A stretch of 64,000 nt of DNA from Candidatus Megaera endosymbiont of Nemacystus decipiens (GTDB lineage: Bacteria; Pseudomonadota; Alphaproteobacteria; Rickettsiales; Rickettsiaceae). The stretch lies in contig DAOTRE010000004.1 of NCBI GenBank assembly GCA_030036605.1, positions 146,123-210,122 on the forward strand, read 5' to 3'. Positions 27,205 through 38,838 of this stretch are shown piece by piece. The position numbers and the translations under genes are program-made. Positions within the stretch are counted from its first letter, which is position 1; each line of letters opens with the position of its first letter. Under the pieces are notes generated by a model. The model did no database searches. It had not been told where the DNA came from and saw nothing but the letters and a program-made list of their open reading frames with translations.

Positions 27205-27469
27205 AAGTATAATTGAAACTGATCAAAAAGTATGGGAAATTCTTTTGTATCAATTTATTTTTTAGATATCTATTAAAATTACTGTCTTTCTAACTTTATT
27301 AGTAGCGTCATAGCCAATTAATATAAAAAATCTTGCGCGCATGTTTAGGCTAAAAATAAAAACCCTAATTCAGAATAGAAAAGAGTTTGTTTTTTTGTGA
27401 GATATTGATTATTATCATGTAGTAATATTTAAGTGAGTCTAATTCCAAGGTAAGGGGAATATATAAACA

Positions 27470-29539
27470 ATGCCCAAATTAATCATTAATAACAATGAAG
27501 TAGAGGTAGCAGAGGGCTTGACAGTAATGCAAGCTTGTCAATCGATTGGAATAGAAATCCCGCATTTTTGTTATCATGAAAAGCTGAAGATAGCTGGTAA
27601 TTGTAGGATGTGTTTGGTTGAGATGGAAAGGGCGCCTAAGCCAGTAGCTTCATGTGCTACTAATGTAGCAGAAGGTATGAAAATCTATACTGAAAGTCCA
27701 AAAGTTAAAAAAGCGCGTGAAGGAGTGATGGAATTCTTATTAATTAACCATCCTCTAGATTGTCCAATATGTGATCAAGGAGGAGAATGTGACCTTCAGG
27801 ATCAAGCTTTTAAGTATGGGAAAAAAACAGGGCGTTTTAGTGAAAATAAGCGAAGTGTTGAAGATAAAAATCTTGGTCCTTTAATTGCTACATCAATGAA
27901 TAGGTGTATACATTGCACGCGGTGCATTCGTTTTTCTACTGATGTTGCTGGCGTAACCGAAATGGGGGCTGTAGGGCGTGGAGAAAATATGGAAATTACT
28001 ACATATTTGCAAAAATCTTTGACCTCTGAGTTATCGGGTAATATGATTGATTTATGTCCAGTTGGTGCGCTTACTTCAAAACCATATTCATTTACTGCCA
28101 GATCTTGGGAAATGAAAAAGACAGAATCTATTGACATAATGGATGCGATTGGTTCAAATATACGTATTGACTCTAGAGAAGACCAGGTAATGCGTATTTT
28201 GCCAAGAGTCAATGAGCAAATTAATGAAGAGTGGATATCAGATAAGGCTAGGTTTTCTTACGATGGTCTAAGGAATCAGAGGCTTGATGTGCCTTATATT
28301 AGAATGGGAGGGAGTCTAAGGAGGGCTCCATGGCAGGAAGCAATTAAATTAGTTGCTGATAAAATTTTGGCGGCTAGTCCTGGTGTAGGTTTGATATCGG
28401 GGTTTTTAAACTCGTGTGAGCCGATGTTTTTACTTAAAAAACTATTTATTTTGCTAAAATCAAAAGCTATAGACGCTAATCAGCTTGGGTATAAAATTGA
28501 TAATACTAGTAGAGGGAATTATTTGTTTAATACTACAATTGCTGGAGTAGAGAAAGCGGATTTATGTTTAATGGTTGGTGTGAACACACGTAAATTGGCT
28601 CCTGTTTTAAATGCTCGTATTGGTAAGATGGTACGCGAGAATCTGTTACAAGTTGCAAATATTGGTGATGTTGAAGATCAGACTTATAAAATAGAGCATC
28701 TGGGATCAGATCCGAATATTTTGAATGATATTTTATCTGGAAAACATGATTTTTGTAATAAGCTTTCCTCTGCCAAGAGACCAATAATTATTATAGGTGA
28801 AGGAGTTTACGGACGTTCCGACGGTTACTATCTACAGTTTTTGTTGCAGCAAATAGCGCAAAAATATTCTGTCATAAATACTGACTGGAATGGTTATAAC
28901 ATACTCCATAAACATGCCAGCATTGTTGGAGCTCTTGATTTGGGGCTAATTTTTAACGATACAAAAAATCCTAGTATATCAGGTACTGATGCAATATTGA
29001 GAGCGACACGGAATAAAAAAATAAATGTATTATACTTGCTTGGTGCAGATGAAATTAATATGGCTGATATAGCAGAAGATTGTTTTGTCATTTATCAAGG
29101 TCATCATGGAGATAAGGGGGCCGAGAGAGCAGATGTTATTTTACCAGAAGCTGCTTATACAGAACAAGATGGTATGTATGTGAACCTAGAAGGTAGAGTG
29201 CAGTGTGCAAAGAAAGCTATTGAACCTCCAGGTGAGGCTAGGCCTAGCATTAAAATTATTCTGGATATTGCAAAAAAGTTAGAGTTGCCTTTGCCTTTTG
29301 AAGATATAGTTTCAATTAGGTCAGGTATGGCAAGAGAAAACCCTGTGTTTTTGAACATAGATCATATAACACCTGCAAAAATTTCTATTTCGGATCATAA
29401 TTCTGATTTAGATATAACGAAAGAAAAAATAACCTCTAAAAAAAATAACTACTATATGGATAATGTTATATGCAACTCATCAGTAACAATGGCAAAATGT
29501 TCTAGAGAATTGTTAGAACAAAATCAGGAGGATATGTGA
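27470..29539 (+). CDS. nuoG: NADH-quinone oxidoreductase subunit G
   Basis: IPHFCYH...[49 protein letters not shown]. Confidence 0.99.
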   Translation: MPKLIINNNEVEVAEGLTVMQACQSIGIEIPHFCYHEKLKIAGNCRMCLVEMERAPKPVASCATNVAEGMKIYTESPKVKKAREGVMEFLLINHPLDCPICDQGGECDLQDQAFKYGKKTGRFSENKRSVEDKNLGPLIATSMNRCIHCTRCIRFSTDVAGVTEMGAVGRGENMEITTYLQKSLTSELSGNMIDLCPVGALTSKPYSFTARSWEMKKTESIDIMDAIGSNIRIDSREDQVMRILPRVNEQINEEWISDKARFSYDGLRNQRLDVPYIRMGGSLRRAPWQEAIKLVADKILAASPGVGLISGFLNSCEPMFLLKKLFILLKSKAIDANQLGYKIDNTSRGNYLFNTTIAGVEKADLCLMVGVNTRKLAPVLNARIGKMVRENLLQVANIGDVEDQTYKIEHLGSDPNILNDILSGKHDFCNKLSSAKRPIIIIGEGVYGRSDGYYLQFLLQQIAQKYSVINTDWNGYNILHKHASIVGALDLGLIFNDTKNPSISGTDAILRATRNKKINVLYLLGADEINMADIAEDCFVIYQGHHGDKGAERADVILPEAAYTEQDGMYVNLEGRVQCAKKAIEPPGEARPSIKIILDIAKKLELPLPFEDIVSIRSGMARENPVFLNIDHITPAKISISDHNSDLDITKEKITSKKNNYYMDNVICNSSVTMAKCSRELLEQNQEDM

Positions 29540-30555
29540 TGACAGTTCTGGTTGAACAGTACCTTATTCCGATTTCGTTTATTGTAGGAAGGATATTATT
29601 AATCACTGTCCCTTTGCTCCTATCTGTAGCTTATTTGACTTATGCAGAAAGGAAAGTTATTGGTCTTATGCAGATGAGAAGGGGGCCGAATGTTGTAGGC
29701 TACTTTGGTTTGTTGCAGCCTATTGCTGACGCTATTAAATTGATATTTAAAGAAATCATTATACCCGATGCTGCTAGTAAGTCAGTATTTATTATTGCTC
29801 CATTGGTAACATTTATATTAAGCCTAATAGGCTGGGCTGTGATTCCTTTCGATTACGGTGTAGTTTTAGCAGATATTAATGTTGGTGTGTTATATGTATT
29901 TGCTGTCTCGTCATTGGGTGTTTATGGTGTTATTATGGCTGGATGGGCTAGTAATTCAAAATATGCATTTCTTGGAGCTATAAGGTCTTCAGCGCAAATG
30001 ATTTCTTACGAAGTGTCTATAGGGTTAGTTATTGTTACAGTTTTATTGGTTACTGGTAGCCTGAATTTAACAGAAATTGTTGAATATCAAAGAAATATGC
30101 CTCTATGGTGTGAAGTGTTGCTTGCTCCTATGGCTGTGGTGTTTTTTATATCTGTGCTAGCGGAAACAAATAGGTTGCCATTTGACTTGCCCGAAGCTGA
30201 GGCGGAGTTGGTTGCTGGCTATAACGTAGAATATTCTTCTATGACATTTGCTCTATTTTTTCTAGGTGAATACGCCAATATGATACTGGTTAGTGCTATT
30301 ACTGCTACATTTTTTATGGGAGGATATTTGCCACCATTTAACTTAGAGTTTTTAAACATTGTTCCGGGCACAATATGGTTTATAGTTAAAATATCATTTC
30401 TATTATTTATATTTTTGTGGATAAGAGCTTCTTTGCCTAGATATAGATATGATCAGTTGATGCGTATAGGGTGGAAATTCTTTCTGCCATTTACTTTATT
30501 TTGGGTAGTGGTTACTGCTTCAATTTTAATGTTTACAGATAATTTACCAGGTTAG
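29536..30555 (+). CDS. nuoH: NADH-quinone oxidoreductase subunit H
   Basis: [49 protein letters not shown]. Confidence 0.99.
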   Translation: MMTVLVEQYLIPISFIVGRILLITVPLLLSVAYLTYAERKVIGLMQMRRGPNVVGYFGLLQPIADAIKLIFKEIIIPDAASKSVFIIAPLVTFILSLIGWAVIPFDYGVVLADINVGVLYVFAVSSLGVYGVIMAGWASNSKYAFLGAIRSSAQMISYEVSIGLVIVTVLLVTGSLNLTEIVEYQRNMPLWCEVLLAPMAVVFFISVLAETNRLPFDLPEAEAELVAGYNVEYSSMTFALFFLGEYANMILVSAITATFFMGGYLPPFNLEFLNIVPGTIWFIVKISFLLFIFLWIRASLPRYRYDQLMRIGWKFFLPFTLFWVVVTASILMFTDNLPG

Positions 30556-30563
30556 GTGGCTCT

Positions 30564-31052
30564 ATGAAAAACATCTTACTGTATATCAAATCATTCACAT
30601 TATGTGAAATAATAGCTGGCATGATGCTGACCTTGCGTTATTTTTTTGCTCCTAAAGTAACGTTGAATTATCCTTACGAAAAAAGTAGAATTAGCCCAAG
30701 ATTTAAAGGAGAGCACGCACTACGTCGTTATCCTAATGGTGAAGAGAGGTGTATAGCGTGTAAGTTATGTGAGGCTATTTGTCCAGCTCAGGCCATTTTG
30801 ATTGAAGCAGAACCTAGATCAGATGGTAGCAGGCGTACTACCAGATATGATATTGACATGACAAAATGTATTTATTGTGGTTTATGTGAAGAAGCTTGTC
30901 CTGTTGATGCAATAGTTGAGGGACCTAATTTTGAGTTTGCAACTGAGACTCATGAGGAATTATTATATGACAAACAAAGGTTATTAAGAAATGGTGATAT
31001 GTGGGAGCAAGAGTTGGCCGAAAAACTGAAAAAAGATTACGTATACAGGTAG
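30564..31052 (+). CDS. nuoI: NADH-quinone oxidoreductase subunit I
   Basis: Two 4Fe-4S motifs [12 protein letters not shown] and [12 protein letters not shown]. Confidence 0.99.
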   Translation: MKNILLYIKSFTLCEIIAGMMLTLRYFFAPKVTLNYPYEKSRISPRFKGEHALRRYPNGEERCIACKLCEAICPAQAILIEAEPRSDGSRRTTRYDIDMTKCIYCGLCEEACPVDAIVEGPNFEFATETHEELLYDKQRLLRNGDMWEQELAEKLKKDYVYR

Positions 31053-31055
31053 AAT

Positions 31056-31676
31056 ATGGAGTTATTTTTTTATATTTTTGCATTAATGAGCATAATAGGT
31101 AGTCTGGGCGTGATAACTAGTAGAAATCCTGTGCATGCTGTGTTATGGCTTATATTTACCTTTTGTAGCGGTTCTGGGTTAATGCTTCTTATGGGAGCAG
31201 AATTTATAGCTATGATGTTGATCATTATATATGTGGGAGCAGTAGCGGTGTTGTTCTTATTTGTTGTTATGATGTTGAATATCAAAGGTTCCTTAATTAA
31301 TGCAGCCTTTGGGAAGGATACAGGTGTTACCATAATAATTTCAATATTGTTACTAGCTAATTTTACTGCAGTTATTTTATTGAGTAGCGGTATTGTAGTT
31401 CCTACATCAAAATATGGTTTTGTAATATCGTCACAGCTAAGTGATGTGAAGTTAATTGGCAGAGTGTTATATACTGATTTTATACTTCCATTTCAGGTTA
31501 GTGGTATAATACTATTTGTTGCTATGGTTTCTAGTATTGTACTTACTATGAGAGAGATTAAGGGAGTAAAAAAACAGGATGTCAGTGCTCAACTCAGCAG
31601 AAATAAAGCAAATAGCATTTCAATAGCTACTTGTGATGGAAAAAAAGGTTTAAGTAATTTGTCTTATGATGATTAG
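31056..31676 (+). CDS. nuoJ: NADH-quinone oxidoreductase subunit J
   Basis: [26 protein letters not shown]; position in the operon. Confidence 0.97.
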   Translation: MELFFYIFALMSIIGSLGVITSRNPVHAVLWLIFTFCSGSGLMLLMGAEFIAMMLIIIYVGAVAVLFLFVVMMLNIKGSLINAAFGKDTGVTIIISILLLANFTAVILLSSGIVVPTSKYGFVISSQLSDVKLIGRVLYTDFILPFQVSGIILFVAMVSSIVLTMREIKGVKKQDVSAQLSRNKANSISIATCDGKKGLSNLSYDD

Positions 31677-31983
31677 TGAAATTTCTTTAGAACATTATTT
31701 GATATTATCCTCCTTATTGTTTTCAATAGGTGTGAGTGGACTGTTGATTAATCGTAAAAATGTTATTACGATTTTGATGTCTATAGAGATTATGTTGTTG
31801 GCTGTGAACATAAACTTTGTTGCTTTCTCTATTTCGTTAAATGATATAGTAGGTCAGGTCTTTAGTTTAATAGTATTAGCTATTGCTGCGGCTGAAGTTT
31901 CAATTGGTCTTGCAATTTTAGTTCTATATTTTAGAAACAGAAATTCGATTCAAATAGAATCTATTAATAGAATGAAAGGCTAA
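31666..31983 (+). CDS. nuoK: NADH-quinone oxidoreductase subunit K
   Basis: [26 protein letters not shown]. Confidence 0.97.
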   Translation: MMISEISLEHYLILSSLLFSIGVSGLLINRKNVITILMSIEIMLLAVNINFVAFSISLNDIVGQVFSLIVLAIAAAEVSIGLAILVLYFRNRNSIQIESINRMKG

Positions 31984-31985
31984 TT

Positions 31986-33896
31986 ATGGAAACAATAATA
32001 AAATTGATTATATTTCTTCCTCTAATATCTGCTTTTTTCAACGGATTTTTTAACAAAAAATTAGATGGTTGTTTAGTCAAGTGGTTAGCTGGTGTGTGCA
32101 TTACAATACCAGCTTTGTTTTCTTTTTATCTTTTTTCTAAGATAGTAACAGATAAAAACGTATTTCAATTTATTTTAAGCGATTGGATCAATATAGGCAA
32201 TTTAGATGTAAATTGGTTAGTTTATGTTGATCAGGTCACTGCGATAATGTTTTTGCTTGTAACAAGTGTTTCAGCTGTAGTTCATATCTATTCTTTAGGT
32301 TATATGAAGGAAGACAAGACCATTGCCAAATTCCTGTCTTATTTGTCATTATTTACTTTTTTTATGCTCATGCTTGTGTGTAGCGGCAATTTTGTTCAAT
32401 TATTTCTTGGATGGGAAGGGGTTGGTTTATGTTCTTATTTGTTGATAGGTTATTATTCTTATAAGGATTCTGCAAATAAAGCCGCTATTAAGGCTTTTAT
32501 TGTTAATAGAATTAGTGATTTTGCTTTCATCTCTGGAATTGCATTGATAATTATTTATACTGGTAGAGTCAATTTTTCTGATGTTTTTGCTTCCATTGAT
32601 GTATTGCTTGAAACAAAGTTATTGATATTTGGCAGTGAATTTGTACTGCTAAATTTAGTTTGTCTCTTGCTATTTATTGGTTGTATGGGAAAATCTGCTC
32701 AACTTGGTATGCATGTTTGGCTTCCTGATGCTATGGAAGGCCCAACTCCTGTTTCTGCTTTGATCCATGCAGCAACTATGGTGACTGCTGGTGTATTTTT
32801 ATTGGTTAGATGTTCATTCTTGTTTGAACATACTCCTATTATTTTAAACTTTATCGCGATTATAGGTGCTGTAACTTGTTTGTTTGCTGCTTTAATCGCT
32901 ATAGCTCAGAGCGACATTAAGAAAATCATAGCTTACTCTACGTGTTCACAGCTTGGTTATATGTTTTTTGCATGTGGCGTATCAGCTTATCAGGCTGCTA
33001 TGTTCCATCTAGTGACTCATGGTTTTTTTAAGGCTTTACTATTTTTATCGGCTGGTAATATTATATATGTAACTGGTCAGCAAGACCTATTTAAAATGGG
33101 TGGTTTAAGGAAAAAAATGCCTGTTACTTATATGAATTTTTGCATAGGTTCTTTGGCAATTATTGGTGTTTATCCTTTTGCAGGATTTTATTCGAAAGAC
33201 TTAATTCTTGAATCTGCTTATAGTCACGGTGGTGTCGGTTCTATTGCTTTTATATTTGGTATAGTTGCTGCTTTTCTTACAGCTATTTATTCTTTAAAAA
33301 TTATTATTCTAACTTTTCATGGTAAAACAAAGATAAATGATAATAAATTTGATACCATTAAAGAAGCTCCTCGTGTTATGAATTTGCCTTTAATACTGCT
33401 GACCTGCGGCGCTTTATTTTCAGGCATGATAGGTTACTATATTTTAGATATTAATAACCCATATGGTTTATTTATTAGAGCTATATATAACAAAACTATT
33501 ATTCAACATCACAAAATACCTTTAATAGTTGAGACTTTACCTTTAATAGTTGGTCTGTTTGGTATATTAATAGGGTACTATATATATATAAGAAAATATT
33601 ACGAGCCGCTTATTCAAAGATTCAAATATACTTATTGTCTTCTTAGTAATAAGTTCTTTGTTGATGAAATATATCAACAAATTTTAATAAAACCGGTCAA
33701 TAAGTTGGCGCATCTACTGCGTTATATTGATATAAACTGTTTAGATAGGTTTGGACCAAATGGCGCAGCGTGCGTTACCAAATGTATTAGCCGGTGTATT
33801 TGCAGAATACAAACTGGATATATATATAACTATGCGTTTTATATTGTACTAGCTCTTGTGTTGTATCTAAGTTTTATAGTACTACAATTTTTGTAA
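31986..33896 (+). CDS. nuoL: NADH-quinone oxidoreductase subunit L
   Basis: GWEGVGLCSYLLIG, GKSAQLGMHVWLPDAMEGPTPVSALIHAATMVTAG. Confidence 0.98.
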   Translation: METIIKLIIFLPLISAFFNGFFNKKLDGCLVKWLAGVCITIPALFSFYLFSKIVTDKNVFQFILSDWINIGNLDVNWLVYVDQVTAIMFLLVTSVSAVVHIYSLGYMKEDKTIAKFLSYLSLFTFFMLMLVCSGNFVQLFLGWEGVGLCSYLLIGYYSYKDSANKAAIKAFIVNRISDFAFISGIALIIIYTGRVNFSDVFASIDVLLETKLLIFGSEFVLLNLVCLLLFIGCMGKSAQLGMHVWLPDAMEGPTPVSALIHAATMVTAGVFLLVRCSFLFEHTPIILNFIAIIGAVTCLFAALIAIAQSDIKKIIAYSTCSQLGYMFFACGVSAYQAAMFHLVTHGFFKALLFLSAGNIIYVTGQQDLFKMGGLRKKMPVTYMNFCIGSLAIIGVYPFAGFYSKDLILESAYSHGGVGSIAFIFGIVAAFLTAIYSLKIIILTFHGKTKINDNKFDTIKEAPRVMNLPLILLTCGALFSGMIGYYILDINNPYGLFIRAIYNKTIIQHHKIPLIVETLPLIVGLFGILIGYYIYIRKYYEPLIQRFKYTYCLLSNKFFVDEIYQQILIKPVNKLAHLLRYIDINCLDRFGPNGAACVTKCISRCICRIQTGYIYNYAFYIVLALVLYLSFIVLQFL

Positions 33897-33912
33897 AATA
33901 ATTTATTATAAT

Positions 33913-35400
33913 ATGGAATCAAACATACCAATTTTATCAATTACAATATTGCTACCACTCATCAGCGCTTTTTATATAGGGTTTTTTATTGGTAGGAGTA
34001 ATTTAGATAATAAAGAAACTCATGCAATTTACGTTGCAATACTTGCGTCTTCACTCAGTATGATTAGCGCTATTGCTTTAATGCTAGGGTTTGACAAGAA
34101 TGTTTCGGATTTTCAGTTTGTTGAACAGTATAATTGGGTTGATTCTATTGGCCTTGAGTTTTTTGTTGGAGTTGACGGTATTTCAATATATTTCGTTTTG
34201 TTAACAGCTTTCTTGTCATTACTTTCTATAATTGCAAGTTTGTTTACGGTGCAAAAAAAGATTAAGGAGTTTTTGGTTTGTTTTCTTTTACTTGAGTCTT
34301 TTTGTATAGGAGCATTTTGTTCTTTGAACTTATTATTATTTTATGGTTTTTTTGAGGCAACTTTAATACCTATGTGTTTGATTATAGGTGTTTGGGGAGA
34401 CAAAAACAGAGTTTACGCCTCTATCAAATTTTTTCTATATACTTTTGCAGGATCAGTATTTTTATTACTATCTTTGATATATATTTATGTGAAATCAGGG
34501 ACTTTTGATATAACAGAACTTCCTAATTACTTAAAACATCTTCCATTGGAAAGGCAGCAATTGCTTTGGTTTGGGATTTTTATCGCTACCGCAGTTAAAA
34601 TACCGATGGTACCATTTCACACTTGGTTACCTGATGCGCATGTTCAGGCTCCAACTAGTGGTTCAGTAATGTTGGCTGGTGTTTTGTTAAAATTAGGTGG
34701 TTATGCAATGCTGAGAATAATTATTCCAATGTTTCCAAATGCAACAGAAAGCTTTTCAATATACGTATTATGGCTTAGTGGCATTGCAGTTATTTATGCT
34801 TCCTTTGTTGCTTTTGCTCAGTCTGATATGAAAAAAATGATAGCATATTCATCTATTGCACATATGGGTTATGTCACAGGAGGTATATTTTCTTGCTCTA
34901 TTAGCGGAATTAGTGGTGCTGTGTTTCAAATGATTAGCCATGGAATAATTTCTGCCGCATTATTTTTGACTATAGGAATTTTATATGAAAGGCACAAGAC
35001 AAAAGAAATTAGTTATTACGGAGGTGTAAGCGTTAGCATGCCACTTTTGTCCTTTTATTTTATGATATTTACTTTGGGAGCTATAGGGCTGCCAGGCTTA
35101 AGTGGTTTTGTCGGAGAATTTTTAAGTATAGTGGGAATATTTTCTGCTGACATTATGACAGGAGTAGTGTGTAGTTTTGGTGTTATTTTAAGCGCGCTTT
35201 ACATGTTAGTTTTATATAAAAGGGTGTTTTTGGGTTCTGCTTCTGATGCAGTTTTAAAGTTTAGAGATCTTTGTATTGTTGAGAATTTAGTGTTGTTGCC
35301 ACTTGCAATATTAGTAATTTATTTTGGGATTAAGCCTAATTCTATTCTATCAATAATCGATCTATCAGTTGTTGATTTGGTGAGTATATATAAAAGTTAA
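33913..35400 (+). CDS. nuoM: NADH-quinone oxidoreductase subunit M
   Basis: FFEATLIPM, VKIPMVPFHTWLPDAHVQAPTSGS, GLPGLSGFVGEF. Confidence 0.98.
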   Translation: MESNIPILSITILLPLISAFYIGFFIGRSNLDNKETHAIYVAILASSLSMISAIALMLGFDKNVSDFQFVEQYNWVDSIGLEFFVGVDGISIYFVLLTAFLSLLSIIASLFTVQKKIKEFLVCFLLLESFCIGAFCSLNLLLFYGFFEATLIPMCLIIGVWGDKNRVYASIKFFLYTFAGSVFLLLSLIYIYVKSGTFDITELPNYLKHLPLERQQLLWFGIFIATAVKIPMVPFHTWLPDAHVQAPTSGSVMLAGVLLKLGGYAMLRIIIPMFPNATESFSIYVLWLSGIAVIYASFVAFAQSDMKKMIAYSSIAHMGYVTGGIFSCSISGISGAVFQMISHGIISAALFLTIGILYERHKTKEISYYGGVSVSMPLLSFYFMIFTLGAIGLPGLSGFVGEFLSIVGIFSADIMTGVVCSFGVILSALYMLVLYKRVFLGSASDAVLKFRDLCIVENLVLLPLAILVIYFGIKPNSILSIIDLSVVDLVSIYKS

Positions 35401-35407
35401 AATAAGT

Positions 35408-36805
35408 ATGATAAGTCAGTTTTCTATAATTATTCCTGAAATTACCCTTGCATCTATTGCAATGATGGTGCAAGTGATAGCAGTATTTAATGAGAAATTT
35501 TCACGCAAAATATCTGTATTTGCTTTGTTATTCCTTTTAGGGTTGGTAGTTTTTTTGATTTGCAACCCTGTTGAATATAGCTATTACGGAGGTAGTTTTC
35601 TTACTTCTTCGGTAATAAATCTTTTTAAAGCTATAGTACTAGGCCTAACTTTAATGAGTATTATAATATACAGAGATTTTGTTAAAATAGCTGGTGGTGA
35701 TATACAAATAGAGTTTATTACAATTATGCTGCTAGCCACGCTTGGCATATTTATTACCATTTCAGCTAGGGACTTCTTGCTTTTGTTTTGTGGATTGGAG
35801 TTACAAGCTTTATCAGGTTATGCACTCACTGCCTTTAATACAAAAGATGAAAAATCATCAGAGGCAGGTTTAAAATATTTTATTTTAGGCGCGCTTGTAA
35901 GCGGTATTATGTTAATGGGTATATCGTTTGTGTATGGATTTAGTGGTAGTATTAACTTTTTAGAAATTAAGTATCTAGTTGGAATGCAGCCTAATGTAGG
36001 TATAATATTTGGTATGGTGTTTGTGACTATAGCTATTTTGTTTAAACTATCTGTCTCACCTTTTCATGTTTGGACTCCCGATGTCTATGAGGGAGCTCCA
36101 ATATCTGTGGTAAGTTATTTTTCTACAGCCCAGAAACTAGGAATGTTACTCGTATTGATTAATATTATTGATGGTATAATTGTTGATTATCCCTCTATAT
36201 CAGAGGATATTCTTAGATTATCTGCTATCTTATCAATGATAGTTGGTTCTTTTGGTGCGATAAAGCAAGACTCTTTAAAAAGGCTAATGGCCTATAGCAG
36301 CATACTAAATATGGGTTATGTATTAATGGCTGTGACAATCCATTCTACAGGTGGGAACAATGTTGCATATATATATATGCTCATATATGCAATATCGACT
36401 ATTGGTTTGTTTGCTAGTTTTGTTGCACTTTTAGGTAAGAAAAGTGATATAGCTACTTTTGAAGATTTAAGTGGAGTTGCATTGAGGCGTAAAACCCTTG
36501 CTGCAGTAATAGCTATTATAATGTTTTCTATGATAGGGTTGCCTCCGTTTGCTGGGTTTTTTGGCAAGTATTACGTTTTTTCTAGTGCAACCAGCCAAGG
36601 TGAGTTTGCTATGGTTGGTGTAGGGTTACTATCTAGTGTAATTTCCGCTTTTTATTATTTAAAATTTATAAAATATATGTACTTTGTGGATCCTGTTTGC
36701 CAGATAGAGCGTATAGCTACAAAAAGAGGTTTGTGGTTTGTGACCACAATTTCTGCAAGTTTTACAATTTTCTTTTTTCTTTTTGCGCATAAATATATTG
36801 TGTAG
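35408..36805 (+). CDS. nuoN: NADH-quinone oxidoreductase subunit N
   Basis: GLELQAL, SEAGLKYFILG, FKLSVSPFHVWTPDVYEGAP, KRLMAYSSI, GLPPFAGFFGK. Confidence 0.97.
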   Translation: MISQFSIIIPEITLASIAMMVQVIAVFNEKFSRKISVFALLFLLGLVVFLICNPVEYSYYGGSFLTSSVINLFKAIVLGLTLMSIIIYRDFVKIAGGDIQIEFITIMLLATLGIFITISARDFLLLFCGLELQALSGYALTAFNTKDEKSSEAGLKYFILGALVSGIMLMGISFVYGFSGSINFLEIKYLVGMQPNVGIIFGMVFVTIAILFKLSVSPFHVWTPDVYEGAPISVVSYFSTAQKLGMLLVLINIIDGIIVDYPSISEDILRLSAILSMIVGSFGAIKQDSLKRLMAYSSILNMGYVLMAVTIHSTGGNNVAYIYMLIYAISTIGLFASFVALLGKKSDIATFEDLSGVALRRKTLAAVIAIIMFSMIGLPPFAGFFGKYYVFSSATSQGEFAMVGVGLLSSVISAFYYLKFIKYMYFVDPVCQIERIATKRGLWFVTTISASFTIFFFLFAHKYIV

Positions 36806-36853
36806 CAAAAAAATGCGTTAACCTTTAATCAACTAATTCTGCATTATAACCTT

Positions 36854-37630
36854 GTGGTGAAAAATATGTCTATAGACTCAAGATGGTTGCAAGATTACAA
36901 TTTTATTCAGATGGAAGAAGTTGATAGCACTAATAAAGAGGCATTAAATCTTGCAAAAGCTGGGGTAGATAACAATCATGTTATATTAGCAAAAAAGCAG
37001 ACAAATGGTCGCGGAAGTCAAGGCAGGACTTGGGTTTCTAGTGCTGGTAACTTTTATTTAAGTATTTTACTAACTGATATTGATAAAGTTTCTGATTGCT
37101 TTTTATTCCCTTTCATGGCTGCCAATGTGGTATATGAAGCAATAGCTTATTTTGCTAACGAATCTGGTGTAAAGGCGGATATAAAATTGAAATGGCCAAA
37201 TGATGTGTTACTGAATAACAAAAAAATTGCAGGAATTTTAGTTGAGTCCATTGAAATAAAAGGCAACTGCTATGTTGTAATAGGGATAGGTATTAATGTT
37301 GAGAATGCACCCACAATAGAAGCAAGAATTATTCATCCATCTTTTCTTGCAAATGAAGGGATATTCATAAAAAATAAAGATCATTTCTTAAATTTTATAG
37401 TGAATAACTTACATAAAAAATATACAATATGCCAAAAAGAAAAAAATTTTGATTTTATAAGAAAAGATTGGCTTTCTCGGGCTTATAGACTAGGAGAAGA
37501 AATTACTATGGTAAATAATGGTAGGAGAATATTTGGAAAATTTGAAGATATTAGTGATATTGGAGAAATTGGCATTAGATCTTTAGACGGCAGGCTTTCT
37601 TATCACAATCATGGAGACATCACAAAATAA
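36854..37630 (+). CDS. birA: Biotin--[acetyl-CoA-carboxylase] ligase (no N-terminal HTH)
   Basis: VDSTN, QTNGRGSQGRTW, KWPNDV, KKIAGILVE, GIGINV. The start may be ATG 36866. Confidence 0.95.
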   Translation: MVKNMSIDSRWLQDYNFIQMEEVDSTNKEALNLAKAGVDNNHVILAKKQTNGRGSQGRTWVSSAGNFYLSILLTDIDKVSDCFLFPFMAANVVYEAIAYFANESGVKADIKLKWPNDVLLNNKKIAGILVESIEIKGNCYVVIGIGINVENAPTIEARIIHPSFLANEGIFIKNKDHFLNFIVNNLHKKYTICQKEKNFDFIRKDWLSRAYRLGEEITMVNNGRRIFGKFEDISDIGEIGIRSLDGRLSYHNHGDITK

Positions 37631-38328
37631 TGCTACCTTCTATTATATTAATAAAGCCCCAGATGGCTGAGAATATTGGTGCAACAGCAAGAGCGATGAA
37701 GAATTTTGGTATTTTAGATTTGCGTATAGTTTCTCCATCGTGTTCTTGGCCCAATCAAAAAGCTCAAGCAACTTCAGTTAGAGCTATTGATATAATCAAT
37801 AAAGCAAAGATTTTTAATACTATATCTGAAGCTTTAAGTGATTTATCATATGTTTATGCAACCACCTCTATTACGCGTGATATGAGTAAAGAGTGTCTAC
37901 TGTCTAGGGATTTGGGGGAACAGATCAGCAAACAAGGTAAAGTAGGCATTATGTTTGGTAGAGAAAGCATAGGGTTAACTAATGAAGAAATAGCTTATGC
38001 AAATAAAATTATTACAATTGACACTGATATAGAATTTAATTCTTTAAATATTTCCCATGCTGTTGCAGTAATTTGCTACCAAATTTTTCAGCTCAGAAAG
38101 CAAAGTAGGTTAGATTTAAAACTTCAAGTAGCGCTTGCAACTCAAAAAGAGTTAGAAGTTTTTTATACGCGACTATTTAACAGTTTACAAAATAAAAATT
38201 TCTTTAAAGTAGAGAGTAAAAGATGCTCCATGCAAAACAAAATTCGTAATCTTTTCTCAAAGATTGATCATTTGTCTAGTACGGAAGTACAAATATTGCA
38301 TGGAATTGTTAAAACTTTATCAAAATAA
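37630..38328 (+). CDS. trmJ: SPOUT RNA methyltransferase, TrmJ/LasT family
   Basis: PQMAENIGATARAMKNFG, FGRESIGLTNEE, SLNISHAV. Confidence 0.88.
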   Translation: MLPSIILIKPQMAENIGATARAMKNFGILDLRIVSPSCSWPNQKAQATSVRAIDIINKAKIFNTISEALSDLSYVYATTSITRDMSKECLLSRDLGEQISKQGKVGIMFGRESIGLTNEEIAYANKIITIDTDIEFNSLNISHAVAVICYQIFQLRKQSRLDLKLQVALATQKELEVFYTRLFNSLQNKNFFKVESKRCSMQNKIRNLFSKIDHLSSTEVQILHGIVKTLSK

Positions 38329-38340
38329 AATGGCCAGTTT

Positions 38341-38838
38341 ATGAATTATTTCAGTCTATTTGATCTAGAAACTAAGTATGATATTGACAAGTCTGATTTG
38401 AAAAAAAGATACTTAAAAGCATTGCAAAAATTTCATCCAGACAGAGCTGCAATGGGAGAAACGAAAGAGTATATTGAAAAATCGATGCAAATTAATGAGG
38501 CGTATAAAATTTTGTCCGATTCTTATGAAAGAGCCAAATATTTATTATTAGAAAATGGTTGTAATTTTGAAGATAAAGCCTTGACATCAGTACTAAAGCC
38601 TGATGAATTAGAAGAAATATTAGATGAGTATGATTTAATTGATGCTGTTGATGATATTGAGAAATTAAAAATCAAATATGAAGATAAGAATTTAGCCATA
38701 GAGTCTATTATATCCGGACTAAAGAAGGCTTTTGCAAGTAAAAATTTTACTTTGGCGCTTGATTATACTGTAAGACTAAAGTATCTTACTAATTTAGTAA
38801 AGAATATAAAACTTAAAATCAAGCATGCAAATAGTTGA
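38341..38838 (+). CDS. hscB: Fe-S cluster co-chaperone HscB
   Basis: MNYFSLFDL, J-domain FHPD, INEAYKIL...RAKYLL; directly upstream of hscA. Confidence 0.93.
   Translation: MNYFSLFDLETKYDIDKSDLKKRYLKALQKFHPDRAAMGETKEYIEKSMQINEAYKILSDSYERAKYLLLENGCNFEDKALTSVLKPDELEEILDEYDLIDAVDDIEKLKIKYEDKNLAIESIISGLKKAFASKNFTLALDYTVRLKYLTNLVKNIKLKIKHANS

Noticed and set aside
27205-27330. Short hydrophobic reading fragments after the Fis-like gene, as a possible ntrY remnant
   Set aside because: Interrupted by stops within ~25 codons and no identifiable motif; cannot be told apart from T-rich intergenic DNA.
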